Position numbers and translations under genes: made by a program | Shown: one piece after another, positions 1 to 9,822 of the stretch | How positions within the stretch are numbered: position 1 is the first letter of the stretch | How the letters are laid out: every line of letters begins with the position of its first letter | Notes under the pieces: generated by a model | What the model saw: only the letters and a program-made list of their open reading frames with translations | The model's database searches: none | Told to the model about the DNA's origin: nothing | From: Opitutaceae bacterium | GTDB taxonomy: Bacteria > Verrucomicrobiota > Verrucomicrobiia > Opitutales > Opitutaceae | Reading direction: 5' to 3' | DNA length: 43,828 nt | NCBI GenBank assembly: GCA_027488595.1 | Contig: JAIYBI010000240.1 | Coordinates: forward strand, 1 to 43,828

Positions 1-100
1 AGGTGTTACGGGCGGAGGGTTGAGATGTTCTGACTCAAGCGCCGGTCGTTTCAGCTTTAGGGCTGGTCGCAGGCGGGCGGCGACCCAAGCTTCATGGCGT

Positions 101-1009
101 ATGACGATTCTGCCTTTCGCCTCCTTCGGCCGCAGCTTGTTGCTTGCCGGCCTTGTCGCCGCCGTAATCCCGGTTCTTCACGCCCAGTCGGCATCCACGA
201 GTGACGCCTCGCCGCCCAAGAGTTTTGCGGAGTCGCTGGGTCGGGCCGGGATTAAAGTGATCGCCGGTCCGGCGACCTATGCCCTCGGCGATGTCGCCGA
301 GATCAAGTTGCCCGCCGGTTATCACGCGGTGGAAGCCGCATCGCTCAAGGACTACTACAAGCTCACGCAAAATCTCTACAGCGGCAACGAGCGCGGCGTC
401 GTTATCGGGCCGACGGACTGGGTGCTCGTTTTTGATTACGATGCCAGCGGCTACGTGAAAGATGACGAGAAGAACAATCTCGACGCCGACAAGCTCATGG
501 CGTCCATGGTTGAGAGCCAGAAGGAAGGAAACAAAGAGCGCGTGAAGCAGGGCTGGGACGAAATGAAATTCGCCGGATGGGCCAACCAGCCGCGCTATGA
601 TACCAAGACCAATAATCTCACTTGGGCGATCAATCTGACCAGCTCCTCCGACGGGCATAAATCAGTCTTTCTCAATGAGAGCATCCGCCTGCTCGGCCGC
701 GGAGGTGTGATGAACGTCACCCTCGTTACTGACCCTTCCGAATATCCGAGGGACAGCGCGACCGTATCGAATCTTTTGTCACAGAATTTCAACTACGTCG
801 AAGGCCAGCGCTACGCCGAGTTCAAGAAAGGCGACAAGGTCGCCGAGTATGGCCTTGCCGCCCTCGTTCTGGGTGGTGCCGGCGCGGCGGCCTTCAAAAT
901 GGGATTCTTCGAGAAATTCTGGAAACTCCTCGTGGTCGGCGGCGCGGCGGCGGCGGCGGCCATCAAGAAACTATGGAACAAGATAACCGGTAGGAACCCG
1001 GACGTTTAA
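101..1009 (+). CDS. DUF2167 family membrane-anchored protein
   Basis: Signal-peptide-like N-terminus from ATG 101. Motifs GYVKDDE..LDADKL, GWA..PRYD, RLLGRGGV, G.RYAEFKKGDKVAEYGLAALVLGG and a C-terminal TM match DUF2167. Confidence 0.85.
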   Translation: MTILPFASFGRSLLLAGLVAAVIPVLHAQSASTSDASPPKSFAESLGRAGIKVIAGPATYALGDVAEIKLPAGYHAVEAASLKDYYKLTQNLYSGNERGVVIGPTDWVLVFDYDASGYVKDDEKNNLDADKLMASMVESQKEGNKERVKQGWDEMKFAGWANQPRYDTKTNNLTWAINLTSSSDGHKSVFLNESIRLLGRGGVMNVTLVTDPSEYPRDSATVSNLLSQNFNYVEGQRYAEFKKGDKVAEYGLAALVLGGAGAAAFKMGFFEKFWKLLVVGGAAAAAAIKKLWNKITGRNPDV

Positions 1010-1022
1010 GTCCCTCCTCTGT

Positions 1023-2267
1023 ATGTCTGAATGGTGGTCCGTCGTCGCCGTCTTTTGGACGCTCTATCTGGTAGACGGAGTGTTTTTCGGGCGACGGGAG
1101 CGTCTTTTTTTATCCTCGTGGCGTGGCGAGTGGCGCTGGCGTTTCTGGCGGCGGGCGCGAGTGACGCAGTCGCCGCGCACCGCCCACCTCGCGCAGGCGA
1201 GCTGGCACATTTCGCCGCCCTTTCCCTGGGCCTACACGCTCGCGCTTGATGATCTGCCGGCGAGCTTCGCAGCCGAAGGCTTTACCAACTGGCCCGGCGC
1301 CGCCACGTCCCGCCCGCCGCCAATCCCGGATAGCCCGTCTGCGGCGTCTTGGGGAACAGCCGTGAAGATCGGCACCGACGGCCCGTGGATCACGCTTGGT
1401 GGAAGTCGCTTCGCGCCGGTGACGAACGCCCTCGATGGGCGTGCCTTGCGGGAGTTAATCGAGCGACTGGCCGCGCTTGATCCGGGCCGGCGCGAGAGCG
1501 AAATCAATACTTGGCACACGCGTCGTTTCTCCGTCCTGCGCGCGCGCCGTCGTTTGGGCGCCGGAATGGCGCGGACGCGGGGGCTGGTGTGGATGAATAC
1601 GCTGCAATTCGCCGGCTGGATTGCGTTGTCGGTGGCTCTGGTGCGCGGGATTTTTGATCCGGGCCTGCCATTTGGTTCGGCCGGTTCGTGGCGCTGGCTG
1701 GAGCCGGAGCAGATTCGTTGGTGGGCCGTGTGCGGCTGGCTGTTTTTGATGCATTTTGTGGTGCTTGGCGTGGCGTGGCGGCTGCATGGGAAGCTCCATC
1801 CGCTCCGCACGAGTGAGCGCGCCAACCTGATTTTTAGCGCCTTGCTGCTGCCAGCGCAGGCGATGCGATTACGGGCGGCGTTGTTGGGACCTCTGGCGCA
1901 GGGGATCGCTCCGCTGGCCGCGACGCTGGCCGCCGGCACTCCCGAAACGGCGCGCGTGGCGGCGGCTTCGACACTCCGTGACCTCGAGTTTCCCGTGCGT
2001 CCTACCGGCATTTCCGAGACGGTATCGGGCTTCGCTGATTCGGCGGCCGGCCTGATCCGTCCGGCGGTGGAGAAGGCGCTGGCTGATGCAGCCAAGGATG
2101 GTGTCGCCGGCTTGAGCGCGGCTGAGTTACTGGCACCGCCTGCGAACCTTGGAGCCGGCGTTTGCGCCTATTGCCCGCGTTGCGGCGACGGATTCCTCCG
2201 CGCGGACGGCCAATGTCCGCAGGGCGTTAAGTTACGGCCCCTTGATCGCTTCAATGCCGTGTTGTAG
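1023..2267 (+). CDS. Hypothetical multi-pass membrane protein with C-terminal Cys cluster (YCPRC...CP)
   Basis: 414-aa ORF 13 bp after the DUF2167 gene, with several hydrophobic segments and a zinc-ribbon-like C-terminus. Confidence 0.65.
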   Translation: MSEWWSVVAVFWTLYLVDGVFFGRRERLFLSSWRGEWRWRFWRRARVTQSPRTAHLAQASWHISPPFPWAYTLALDDLPASFAAEGFTNWPGAATSRPPPIPDSPSAASWGTAVKIGTDGPWITLGGSRFAPVTNALDGRALRELIERLAALDPGRRESEINTWHTRRFSVLRARRRLGAGMARTRGLVWMNTLQFAGWIALSVALVRGIFDPGLPFGSAGSWRWLEPEQIRWWAVCGWLFLMHFVVLGVAWRLHGKLHPLRTSERANLIFSALLLPAQAMRLRAALLGPLAQGIAPLAATLAAGTPETARVAAASTLRDLEFPVRPTGISETVSGFADSAAGLIRPAVEKALADAAKDGVAGLSAAELLAPPANLGAGVCAYCPRCGDGFLRADGQCPQGVKLRPLDRFNAVL

Positions 2268-2297
2268 TTGCAGTTCACGACCGAGGGGCATGCGGTC

Positions 2298-2954
2298 TTA
2301 TCCACGCGCCGCATCCACCCATTGCGCCAACCATTCTCCGAGGGCCGGCACGCCATTCACAATAGTTGCGCTCGAATCCTCAGTGTTTCGGGTGAAAAGC
2401 CGGAATGTCCGCCCTGCGCCCGCATCGCTCAGTTCGGTGGTGTCGTTTTGCACCACCGCATCCACTCCGCCGCGTGCCAGGAGTTTGCCCACCGCCGCCG
2501 CTCGCTCGTTGGGGCCGGCGCCGGTCGTGAGTTTGAAGCCGACCACCCGCACCGGCTTCGGCGACCAGCTACGCAACTGCGGCAGGAGCTTCGGGGTCGG
2601 CACGAGGTGGATCGTCATCCCGTCCGCGTCGGAGCCCAGCTTCTCTGACGTCGCCGTCGCCGGCCGGTAGTCCGACACCGCCGCCGCGTGGATCACCGCA
2701 TCGAAAGTCCCGGTGCCCAGCGCCTTGCGCAGTCGCTCGCCTAGGTGCTCGGTCGAACCGAACACAATGCAGTTCACGCCGCTTGCCGCCACCGGTCGCA
2801 CCGCGCCCTCACCGTGCAGCAAGGTCACCCGATGCCCCGCCGCGGCCAGGCGTTCCGCCAGTGCCGCGCCGGTCGAGCCAGAACTGATGTTCGACAAAAA
2901 CCGCACCGAATCAATCGGCTCGCGGGTGGCCCCCGCCGTCAGTAGAATGTTCAT
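2298..2954 (-). CDS. coaB: Phosphopantothenoylcysteine synthetase (stand-alone CoaB/DFP domain)
   Basis: ILLTAGATREPIDSVRFLSNISSGSTG, IHAAAVSDY, PTPKLL and VVGFKL motifs. Start is ATG 2954 or TTG 2966. Confidence 0.88.
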   Translation of the reverse strand: MNILLTAGATREPIDSVRFLSNISSGSTGAALAERLAAAGHRVTLLHGEGAVRPVAASGVNCIVFGSTEHLGERLRKALGTGTFDAVIHAAAVSDYRPATATSEKLGSDADGMTIHLVPTPKLLPQLRSWSPKPVRVVGFKLTTGAGPNERAAAVGKLLARGGVDAVVQNDTTELSDAGAGRTFRLFTRNTEDSSATIVNGVPALGEWLAQWVDAARG

Positions 2955-2969
2955 TTTATCAGGCAAAGG

Positions 2970-3081
2970 TTAACCACGGATGGAGACGGATTCACACGGA
3001 TTAAAGACCCATCCAGAATGAAACCTGAGAGGTGTTTTATCTCCGCCCGATCCGTGTTCATCCGTGTCCATCCGTGGTTAA
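2970..3081. repeat. Palindromic intergenic repeat, family A (3x CACGGAT-type 10-mers per arm)
   Basis: TTAACCACGGATGGAGACGGATTCACACGGAT ... ATCCGTGTTCATCCGTGTCCATCCGTGGTTAA. The same family recurs at 18723 and 22716. Confidence 0.85.
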
Positions 3082-3113
3082 AAGAATCCGTTTCCGATGC
3101 GCGTGTTCGTCGC

Positions 3114-3668
3114 TCAGGCGATTTTCGGCCCCAGCTCGGCCAATACGCGGGTCAGAATCTTTTCGGGATCAAGCAAGCGTCCCGCGCCTTCTTCGCCACA
3201 GGCCAGCGACCCTTCGTCGGTCGGCAGCACCTGCACGCCGAGGCCCGCCAATTTTTGCAACGAGGCCTGCGTAATGGGATGCTGATACATCGCAACGTTC
3301 ATTGCCGGCGCGATCCACCATGGTTTTTTCTTCAACTCCCAAGCAAGGAACAGCGTCCCCACCGGATCATCCGCCAGTCCACCCGCGAGCCGGTTGATGG
3401 TGTTCGCCGTCGCGGGTGCGACCAGCGCCAGATCAGCCCAGCGCGCGAGATCAATGTGATCCATCGCCTTACCCGGCTCCCAAAGATCGGTGAACACCGA
3501 CTGTCCCGTGAGTCCTTCGAGGGTCGCCTTACCAATAAACTGCAGCGCCGACGATGTCGCCACGGTGCGAACCTCCACCCCTGCCTGCACCAGACGCGAG
3601 ATGACAAAGCAGGCCTTGTAACAGGCGATGGAGCCGCTGAGCAAAAACAGGACGCGGGGCTTGTTCAT
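3114..3668 (-). CDS. coaC: Phosphopantothenoylcysteine decarboxylase (HFCD flavoprotein)
   Basis: SGSIACYKA, HIDLARWAD, APATANTI, APAMN..MY and LACGEEGAGR motifs. Confidence 0.92.
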   Translation of the reverse strand: MNKPRVLFLLSGSIACYKACFVISRLVQAGVEVRTVATSSALQFIGKATLEGLTGQSVFTDLWEPGKAMDHIDLARWADLALVAPATANTINRLAGGLADDPVGTLFLAWELKKKPWWIAPAMNVAMYQHPITQASLQKLAGLGVQVLPTDEGSLACGEEGAGRLLDPEKILTRVLAELGPKIA

Positions 3669-3683
3669 GGGAAAAATTCAGGA

Positions 3684-4472
3684 TCAGTAACTCTCTTTGT
3701 TGTTTGGAAACGTGCCCTCGCTGACCGCGCGGGCATAAGCTTCGAGCCCGGCGGAAACCGTTTTATTCCCGTCGGCGAACTGTCGCACGAACTTCGCGCC
3801 GAAGCCGGGGTTGAGCCCCAGCATATCGTGAAACACGAGCACTTGTCCGTCGGTGTGCGGTCCCGCGCCGATGCCGATCACCGGCACCGTGAGCGCTTCG
3901 GTCACTGCTTTGCCCAAGGCCGCCGGCACGCACTCGATCACCAAACCCGACACGCCCGCCGCCTCAAGCGCCTTGGCCTGACGCAGTAAATCCGTGGACG
4001 CTGCGTCGCCTCGCCCCTGCACCTTGTAGCCGCCGAGCGCCTGCACGGATTGCGGAGTGAGGCCGACATGCCCGATCACGGGCACACCCGATTGCACGAG
4101 GTGGCGGATCACGTCCTCATGCCCGTCCACCCCCTCGATTTTCACTGCGTGGGCCCCGGCGCGAAGCAGCAGGGATGCGCACTCCACAGCTGGGACGATT
4201 CCCTTGCGCGCTGCCAAAAACGGAAAGTCCGCCACCAAAAATTTCGCCCCGCCGAGCCCGCGCGCGACGGCGAAAGTATGACGAGCCATGATCTCGGGCG
4301 TGGCCGAGAAGGTCGTCGCCTCGCCGTCCACAACCGTGGCGACACTATCGCCAACCAGCACGCAATCCACGAGAGAGTCGGCCAGAAACCGCGCCTCCCA
4401 ATGCGTGTAAGCGGTGGACATGCTGATCGGCGCCTTACCCTTGCGCGCCTTGAATTCGATAACGCTTTTCAT
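3684..4472 (-). CDS. panB: 3-methyl-2-oxobutanoate hydroxymethyltransferase
   Basis: LVGDS, AVKIEG, GHVGLTPQS, GGYKVQGR and IGIGAG..TDGQVLV.HDMLG motifs. ATG 4472 preferred. Confidence 0.95.
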   Translation of the reverse strand: MKSVIEFKARKGKAPISMSTAYTHWEARFLADSLVDCVLVGDSVATVVDGEATTFSATPEIMARHTFAVARGLGGAKFLVADFPFLAARKGIVPAVECASLLLRAGAHAVKIEGVDGHEDVIRHLVQSGVPVIGHVGLTPQSVQALGGYKVQGRGDAASTDLLRQAKALEAAGVSGLVIECVPAALGKAVTEALTVPVIGIGAGPHTDGQVLVFHDMLGLNPGFGAKFVRQFADGNKTVSAGLEAYARAVSEGTFPNNKESY

Positions 4473-4543
4473 CGTGAATGAAGGCTTACACTGCCTTAAA
4501 TCCACGCCGAGGGCACCATAATTTTGCCTGCCCCCGGACACTC

Positions 4544-5347
4544 CTATCTGACACTTGGAGACGGCGCTGACTCCACCGGTTCCGGTCTGGACTGCGGCTG
4601 CTCGAGCCGCACCTCGAAATCCATGCTCTCCCGGTCCGCACCGAGTGTGGGCGTGACCTTGAGTCGCAAAGTGCCCGCCTCAATCACCGAGCTTACGCCT
4701 GTCGGCACTCTGACTCCGGGATAGTTCAACCCGCGCACCCCTGACGCAGTTTCTAGCGCACCCAGCACCGCCGCCTGTTCCTCCGCGGCCCAGACTTCGC
4801 CGTGTTGCAGGGTGTTGGCCGCATTAGTCGTCAGATTTTCGAGCCCCACCGCCTTTCCGGTCTCGTCGGATAACATACGGAAGGTGCTCGCGATGTTCAC
4901 CACATCCGCGCCGTCCACCCGCTCCACCGTTGGCTGCACGAAGGCATACAGGCGCGTGCCGTCCGGCAGTTTGTAGCCGCCTGTCACCACCACCTCGCCC
5001 GACTTCAAGTCCGCCCGCAACGCCGAGCTCATCACATCACTCGTCATCGGCCGCCGCAGCTCGTCGAGGTCCTCGCGTGTTTGAGTCAGGGTGAGATCGG
5101 TTTTCGCGCGCCGCGCCCGCTCCTCGGCCAGTTGCGCAGTCAACTCGGCGTTCTTGCGCGTCAACTCCTCCAACTCCGCCACGGTGGGTCCGGTCGGCAC
5201 CACCGGCGCCGGTGCCGGAACAAACTCCCGCACCACAATCGGCGATCCTGCCGTCGCGAGCCTGCTGCCATCGAGAAGCCGATAGGTGGCCAGGCTCGCC
5301 AAAGCAGCTCCGAGCGCCCCAACCAGAGTGTAGCTTAAGAGTTTCAA
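4544..5347 (-). CDS. Hypothetical protein: N-terminal TM, coiled coil, secretin-like beta motifs
   Basis: ORF directly upstream of panB with a hydrophobic N-terminus and a heptad-rich segment. Start uncertain (TTG 5347 versus 5404). Confidence 0.6.
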   Translation of the reverse strand: MKLLSYTLVGALGAALASLATYRLLDGSRLATAGSPIVVREFVPAPAPVVPTGPTVAELEELTRKNAELTAQLAEERARRAKTDLTLTQTREDLDELRRPMTSDVMSSALRADLKSGEVVVTGGYKLPDGTRLYAFVQPTVERVDGADVVNIASTFRMLSDETGKAVGLENLTTNAANTLQHGEVWAAEEQAAVLGALETASGVRGLNYPGVRVPTGVSSVIEAGTLRLKVTPTLGADRESMDFEVRLEQPQSRPEPVESAPSPSVR

Positions 5348-5449
5348 TAGCGTAGTCTTCGTGCGAGCCAAAGGAGCAACGCACCCGCTGACAACTCCCC
5401 GCATGCGGCAGGCTGGCGTATTTCACCGCCATGCCCCAACGTCCCGCAC

Positions 5450-6943
5450 ATGCCCCGACGTTTTCTTCTGGCACTCGACCAAGGCACGACCTCTTCGCGC
5501 GCCCTTGTCTTCGACCTCGACGGTCATCCCGTCGCCTCCGCCCAACGCGAATTCGCCCAGCATTACCCGCAACCCGGCCACGTTGAGCACGATCCCGAGG
5601 ATCTCTGGAACACCCAGCACGACTGCGCCGCCGAAGCCCTCGCCCGGGCGAAAATCTCCGCCGCCGATCTCGCCGCCGTCGGCATCGCCAACCAGCGCGA
5701 AACCACCCTGCTTTGGGATCGTCGCACCGGCAAGCCCCTCCATCGCGCCATCGTCTGGCAGGATCGCCGCACCGCCGACACCTGCGCCCGCCTGCGCGCC
5801 GAGGGCGCCGAGCCGCTCGTCACCCGAAAAACCGGCCTGCGCCTCGACCCCTACTTCTCCGCCACCAAACTCGCCTGGCTGCTCGACCACACTCCCGGCG
5901 CTCGCGCCGCCGCCGCACGCGGCGAGCTTGCCTTCGGCACGGTGGACACCTGGCTGCTCTGGAAACTCACCGGTGGCCGCGTGCACGCCACCGATGCTTC
6001 GAACGCCGCCCGCACGCTCCTCTTTAGTCTTCATACCGGCACTTGGTACAATGAGCTGCTCCGTCTCTTTGACATCCCGCCCTCCGTGCTGCCCGAAATC
6101 CGCGACACCGCCGGTTTCTTCGGCGAAGTGGCCCCCGGCCTGCCCGCGGCAGGCGTCCCCATCACCGCCCTCGTCGGCGACCAGCAGGCCGCCCTCTTTG
6201 GACAGGCCTGCCTCTCGCCCGGCTCCGCCAAGGCCACCTACGGCACCGGCTGTTTTCTCCTGCTCAACCCCGGCGCCCAGATCGTCGCCTCGACCAACAA
6301 CCTCCTTTCCACCGTCGCCTGGCGTATTGGCGGAAAAACTACATTCGCTCTCGAAGGCTCCGTCTTCGTAGCCGGTGCGGTCGTGCAATGGCTGCGCGAT
6401 GAGCTCAACCTCGTGGACAGCGCGTCCGACCTCGATGCCCTGGCCGCTTCCGTGTCCGACACAGGCGGAGCCTACCTCGTGCCCGCTTTCGCCGGGCTCG
6501 GCGCGCCGCATTGGGATCCCTATGCGCGCGGCGCACTGGTCGGCCTCACCCGCGGCACCAACCGAGCGCACATTTGCCGCGCCGCGCTGGAGTCCATCGC
6601 TTTTCAAACCGCCGAACTCATCACTGCGATGGAGGCCGACGCCGGACTCCGCCTCGCCGAGCTGCGCGTAGATGGCGGCGTGAGCCGCAGTGCGCCCCTG
6701 CTGCAAATGCAGGCGGATTTTCTGGGCCGCCCCGTCGTGCGCCCCGAGGTCGTCGAGACCACCGCGCTTGGCGCCGCCGCCCTCGCCGGGGTCGGAGCGG
6801 GCGTGATCGCCCCCGCGCAGTTCGCCGCCCGCTGGGCGCAGGACCTTCGTGTTGAACCCAGCATGGATGACACCACCCGCGCCGCGCAACTCGCCGGCTG
6901 GGTCCGCGCCGTTTCCCGCTCCCGTGATTGGGCCAAGCCATGA
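5450..6943 (+). CDS. glpK: Glycerol kinase
   Basis: [48 protein letters not shown] and ALEGS motifs. Confidence 0.97.
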   Translation: MPRRFLLALDQGTTSSRALVFDLDGHPVASAQREFAQHYPQPGHVEHDPEDLWNTQHDCAAEALARAKISAADLAAVGIANQRETTLLWDRRTGKPLHRAIVWQDRRTADTCARLRAEGAEPLVTRKTGLRLDPYFSATKLAWLLDHTPGARAAAARGELAFGTVDTWLLWKLTGGRVHATDASNAARTLLFSLHTGTWYNELLRLFDIPPSVLPEIRDTAGFFGEVAPGLPAAGVPITALVGDQQAALFGQACLSPGSAKATYGTGCFLLLNPGAQIVASTNNLLSTVAWRIGGKTTFALEGSVFVAGAVVQWLRDELNLVDSASDLDALAASVSDTGGAYLVPAFAGLGAPHWDPYARGALVGLTRGTNRAHICRAALESIAFQTAELITAMEADAGLRLAELRVDGGVSRSAPLLQMQADFLGRPVVRPEVVETTALGAAALAGVGAGVIAPAQFAARWAQDLRVEPSMDDTTRAAQLAGWVRAVSRSRDWAKP

Positions 6944-8481
6944 ATCGTTCCCTCATGACGCAACGCCTGCGAACGGGGGAGGTTTTCGACCTGCTCATCA
7001 TTGGCGGCGGAGCCACGGGCCTCGGCACCGCGCTGGATGCGGCGGCGCGCGGCTACTCGGTCGCGCTGCTCGAACGCGGTGACTTCGCCTGCGGCACGTC
7101 CAGCCGCTCGACCAAACTCGTCCACGGCGGCGTGCGCTACCTGCGCCAGGGCAACATCAGCCTCGTGCGCTCCTCCCTGCGCGAGCGTGGCCGCCTCGCG
7201 CGCAATGCCCCTCATCGCGTGCGCGATCTCGCCTTCGTGATCCCGGCCTACGGCGCAACCGACCGGCTTTTTTACGGCATCGGCCTAAAACTCTACGAAG
7301 CCCTCGCCGGCGCACTCTCGCTCGGGCCCTCGCGGGTGCTCGACCGCGCCGCCACGCTTGCCCGCCTGCCGAACGTCGAGTCAGCCGGACTGCGTGGCGG
7401 CGTGCTCTACCACGACGCCCAGTTCGACGACGCCCGCCTCGCCCTCACCCTCGCCCGCAGCGCGGCGGATCGGGGCGCGGTCCTGCTCAATCACGCCGAG
7501 GTCACGGGCTTCGTCCTCGAGAGCGGCCGGGTTGCCGGTGTCGAGGCGCGAGATTCCATCTCCGGCGGCGAGTTTTCCGTGCGCGCCCGCGTGGTCATCA
7601 ATGCCACCGGTGTATTTGTGGATGAACTACGCCGACGCGAAGACTCCGCCGTCGCGCCGCTGGTCGCCGTGAGCCAGGGCATTCACCTTGTGCTTCCGCG
7701 CCGCTTTCTGCCCGGCGACGCCGCGCTCATGGTGCCGAAAACCGACGACGGTCGCGTGCTTTTCGCCGTGCCCTGGCATGATTGCGTCATCGTCGGCACC
7801 ACCGATACGCCGCGACCGGAGGCGGAGTCGGAGCCGCGTGCGTTGCCCGAGGAACTCGCCTTCGTGCTGGCCCACGCCCGGCGCTACCTCGCGGAGGATC
7901 CGACCCCCGCCGACGTGTTGAGTGTGTTTGCCGGCCAACGTCCCTTGGTTCGCGGCAGGGTGGGCACCGCCACCGCCCGTCTTTCACGGGAACACGCATT
8001 TGAGGTCGGCAGCGGCGGTGTGCTCACCGTGACCGGCGGCAAATGGACCACTTACCGCGAGATGGCCGAACAGGTGGTTGATCTCGCCGCCCGGCTCGGC
8101 AGCCTGCCCCGCCGCCCTTCGTCCACCGCTGAACTACGGCTGCACGGCGCAGGCGAAAACACCCGCACCGTTTACGGCAATGACGAGGCGGCGGTGTTCG
8201 CCTCCGGTGCGGCTACGCGCCTGCACCCGCGCCTGCCCTACACCGAAGCGGAAGTGCGCTGGGCCGCCCGTGAGGAACTCGCGGAGACCGTGGAGGACGT
8301 CCTCGCCCGCCGCACCCGCGCCTTGATCCTCGACGCCCTCGCGGCGGCCGAGTGTGCGCCGCGCGTGGCGGCGATTCTAGCCGAAGAGCTCGGCCGCGAT
8401 GGCGCGTGGGCGACGGAGCAAGTTGCGGCGTTTAGCGCGCTGGCGGCGGGGTATGCGTTCCCAGCGGAACATCCAAAGTGA
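6940..8481 (+). CDS. glpD: FAD-dependent glycerol-3-phosphate dehydrogenase
   Basis: [32 protein letters not shown] and GGKWTTYR motifs. ATGA overlap with glpK. Confidence 0.95.
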   Translation: MNRSLMTQRLRTGEVFDLLIIGGGATGLGTALDAAARGYSVALLERGDFACGTSSRSTKLVHGGVRYLRQGNISLVRSSLRERGRLARNAPHRVRDLAFVIPAYGATDRLFYGIGLKLYEALAGALSLGPSRVLDRAATLARLPNVESAGLRGGVLYHDAQFDDARLALTLARSAADRGAVLLNHAEVTGFVLESGRVAGVEARDSISGGEFSVRARVVINATGVFVDELRRREDSAVAPLVAVSQGIHLVLPRRFLPGDAALMVPKTDDGRVLFAVPWHDCVIVGTTDTPRPEAESEPRALPEELAFVLAHARRYLAEDPTPADVLSVFAGQRPLVRGRVGTATARLSREHAFEVGSGGVLTVTGGKWTTYREMAEQVVDLAARLGSLPRRPSSTAELRLHGAGENTRTVYGNDEAAVFASGAATRLHPRLPYTEAEVRWAAREELAETVEDVLARRTRALILDALAAAECAPRVAAILAEELGRDGAWATEQVAAFSALAAGYAFPAEHPK

Positions 8482-8775
8482 CCTTTTATGAGGCCGGGCG
8501 GCGGCGCGTTTCCCAGCTATCGGATCGTGAAGGAGGCCTCGTAGCGGATAAGCTTTTACCCGGCCTCGACCGACGGGGAAGGGAAGGTCTTTGGAGTTTC
8601 AGCAATCTTCGATAAAACCCGATCACCACGATTGCCAACTCGGGCTTTTGACGGTGCCGACTGTGCAACTCCTCCAAGTTGGCCATGTGGTGGAATCTGT
8701 CGCTATTCCCGTTTTGCGGCATTACAGTGGTGCGGCTCGCATCGGCACCCAACAGTTAAAATCCTCCTTCCTCCC

Positions 8776-9069
8776 ATGGCTCGTCCTTATCGCCGCCGCG
8801 CGGTCTCCGCTTTCACCCCCGCTTACAGCCATGATCCGTTGGAGCGCATAGACTCTATCGCAGGGGTAAACTCGGACCGCTCGCGTTGGTCGCTCACGCA
8901 GGCAGCGGCGATTGCGGCGATCGAGGCCGGCACGGATGAGTTTTTCGTCACCGCCGACGGTCAAGCCGTCAAGCTGGCCGTGCTCATGGTGCGCGACCAG
9001 AAATACCTCGGCACCGAGCGCGAGAAATCCCACCCGGACGATCTGATGAATCTGCTGCGCGGCAAGTGA
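8776..9069 (+). CDS. DUF3892-like small protein
   Basis: Pattern 'P.ERI..I.G.N.D..RW.LT...AI..IE.G...F.V...KYL.T...PD.L.NL' resembles DUF3892. ATG 8776. Confidence 0.7.
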   Translation: MARPYRRRAVSAFTPAYSHDPLERIDSIAGVNSDRSRWSLTQAAAIAAIEAGTDEFFVTADGQAVKLAVLMVRDQKYLGTEREKSHPDDLMNLLRGK

Positions 9070-9090
9070 GGCGACGCGGTCCGGCCACCA

Positions 9091-9804
9091 CTATCTGGGC
9101 CAAACGCCGGCTTCGGGCAGGTGAATCCAGCCTTCGCGCCGGGCGGTGATGCGCTGCGACGGTTGGGGATGAGGGGTCTGTCCAAGCGCGGCGGCGCGGG
9201 TGGTGAGCGACGCGATCAAGGCATCGAAGGCGTGATCGGTTTGCGCGCAGGAGGCGTCCACCTGCAAGGCGGGCATCGCTTGGCGGAGCTCGGCGAGCAA
9301 GGCGCGGCGGGTGGCGATGGCGGCTTTTTCCGGGCCTTTGTAGCTGCGGCAGCGCAGGCCCCATTGTTTGAGACTGCCGGCTGGATAGACTTCGAAAAAC
9401 CGTCCGTCACCACCGCTGCGATCGGTGACGCCGTGGCGCGCGAGCAGCGCCATCGCGCGCATGGCGGGCAGGCCGATGCGATCGGTGGAGACGCTCAGCG
9501 GCGTGAGTTTGGTGAGCGCATGGACCTCGATGTCGGTGAGGCGGAGGCGGAGGGATTTTTGAAATTCGCGATCATCCCACGTCGTCGCGGTCCAGTTGCC
9601 CACGGCGGTGACGAAGGCGAGCGGCCAGCCGAGGGGCGCATCAATGCCGATGGCGTCAGCCTCGCGGACCAGGGCGTCGAGCGCGGTGTCGTCGCACTGG
9701 GTGGCGGCGGTGCGGACGATGACATTGCCGGGGTCGCGCCAGTCAATGAGACATGCGGCGGTGTCCTTTGGCTGGGAGGACAGATCAATGCCGAGGGTGA
9801 GCAT
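9091..9804 (-). CDS. DUF429 family protein (predicted RNase H-fold nuclease)
   Basis: LGIDLS, IGIDAPLGWP, R.TD, EVYPA, DHAFDALIA and EGWIHLP motifs. Confidence 0.85.
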   Translation of the reverse strand: MLTLGIDLSSQPKDTAACLIDWRDPGNVIVRTAATQCDDTALDALVREADAIGIDAPLGWPLAFVTAVGNWTATTWDDREFQKSLRLRLTDIEVHALTKLTPLSVSTDRIGLPAMRAMALLARHGVTDRSGGDGRFFEVYPAGSLKQWGLRCRSYKGPEKAAIATRRALLAELRQAMPALQVDASCAQTDHAFDALIASLTTRAAALGQTPHPQPSQRITARREGWIHLPEAGVWPR

Positions 9805-9822
9805 ACTGCGGCGTGTGCCTGC

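Noticed and set aside
936-960. GCG trinucleotide run
   Set aside because: Encodes the poly-Ala/Gly TM of DUF2167. It is too short and in-frame to indicate phase variation.
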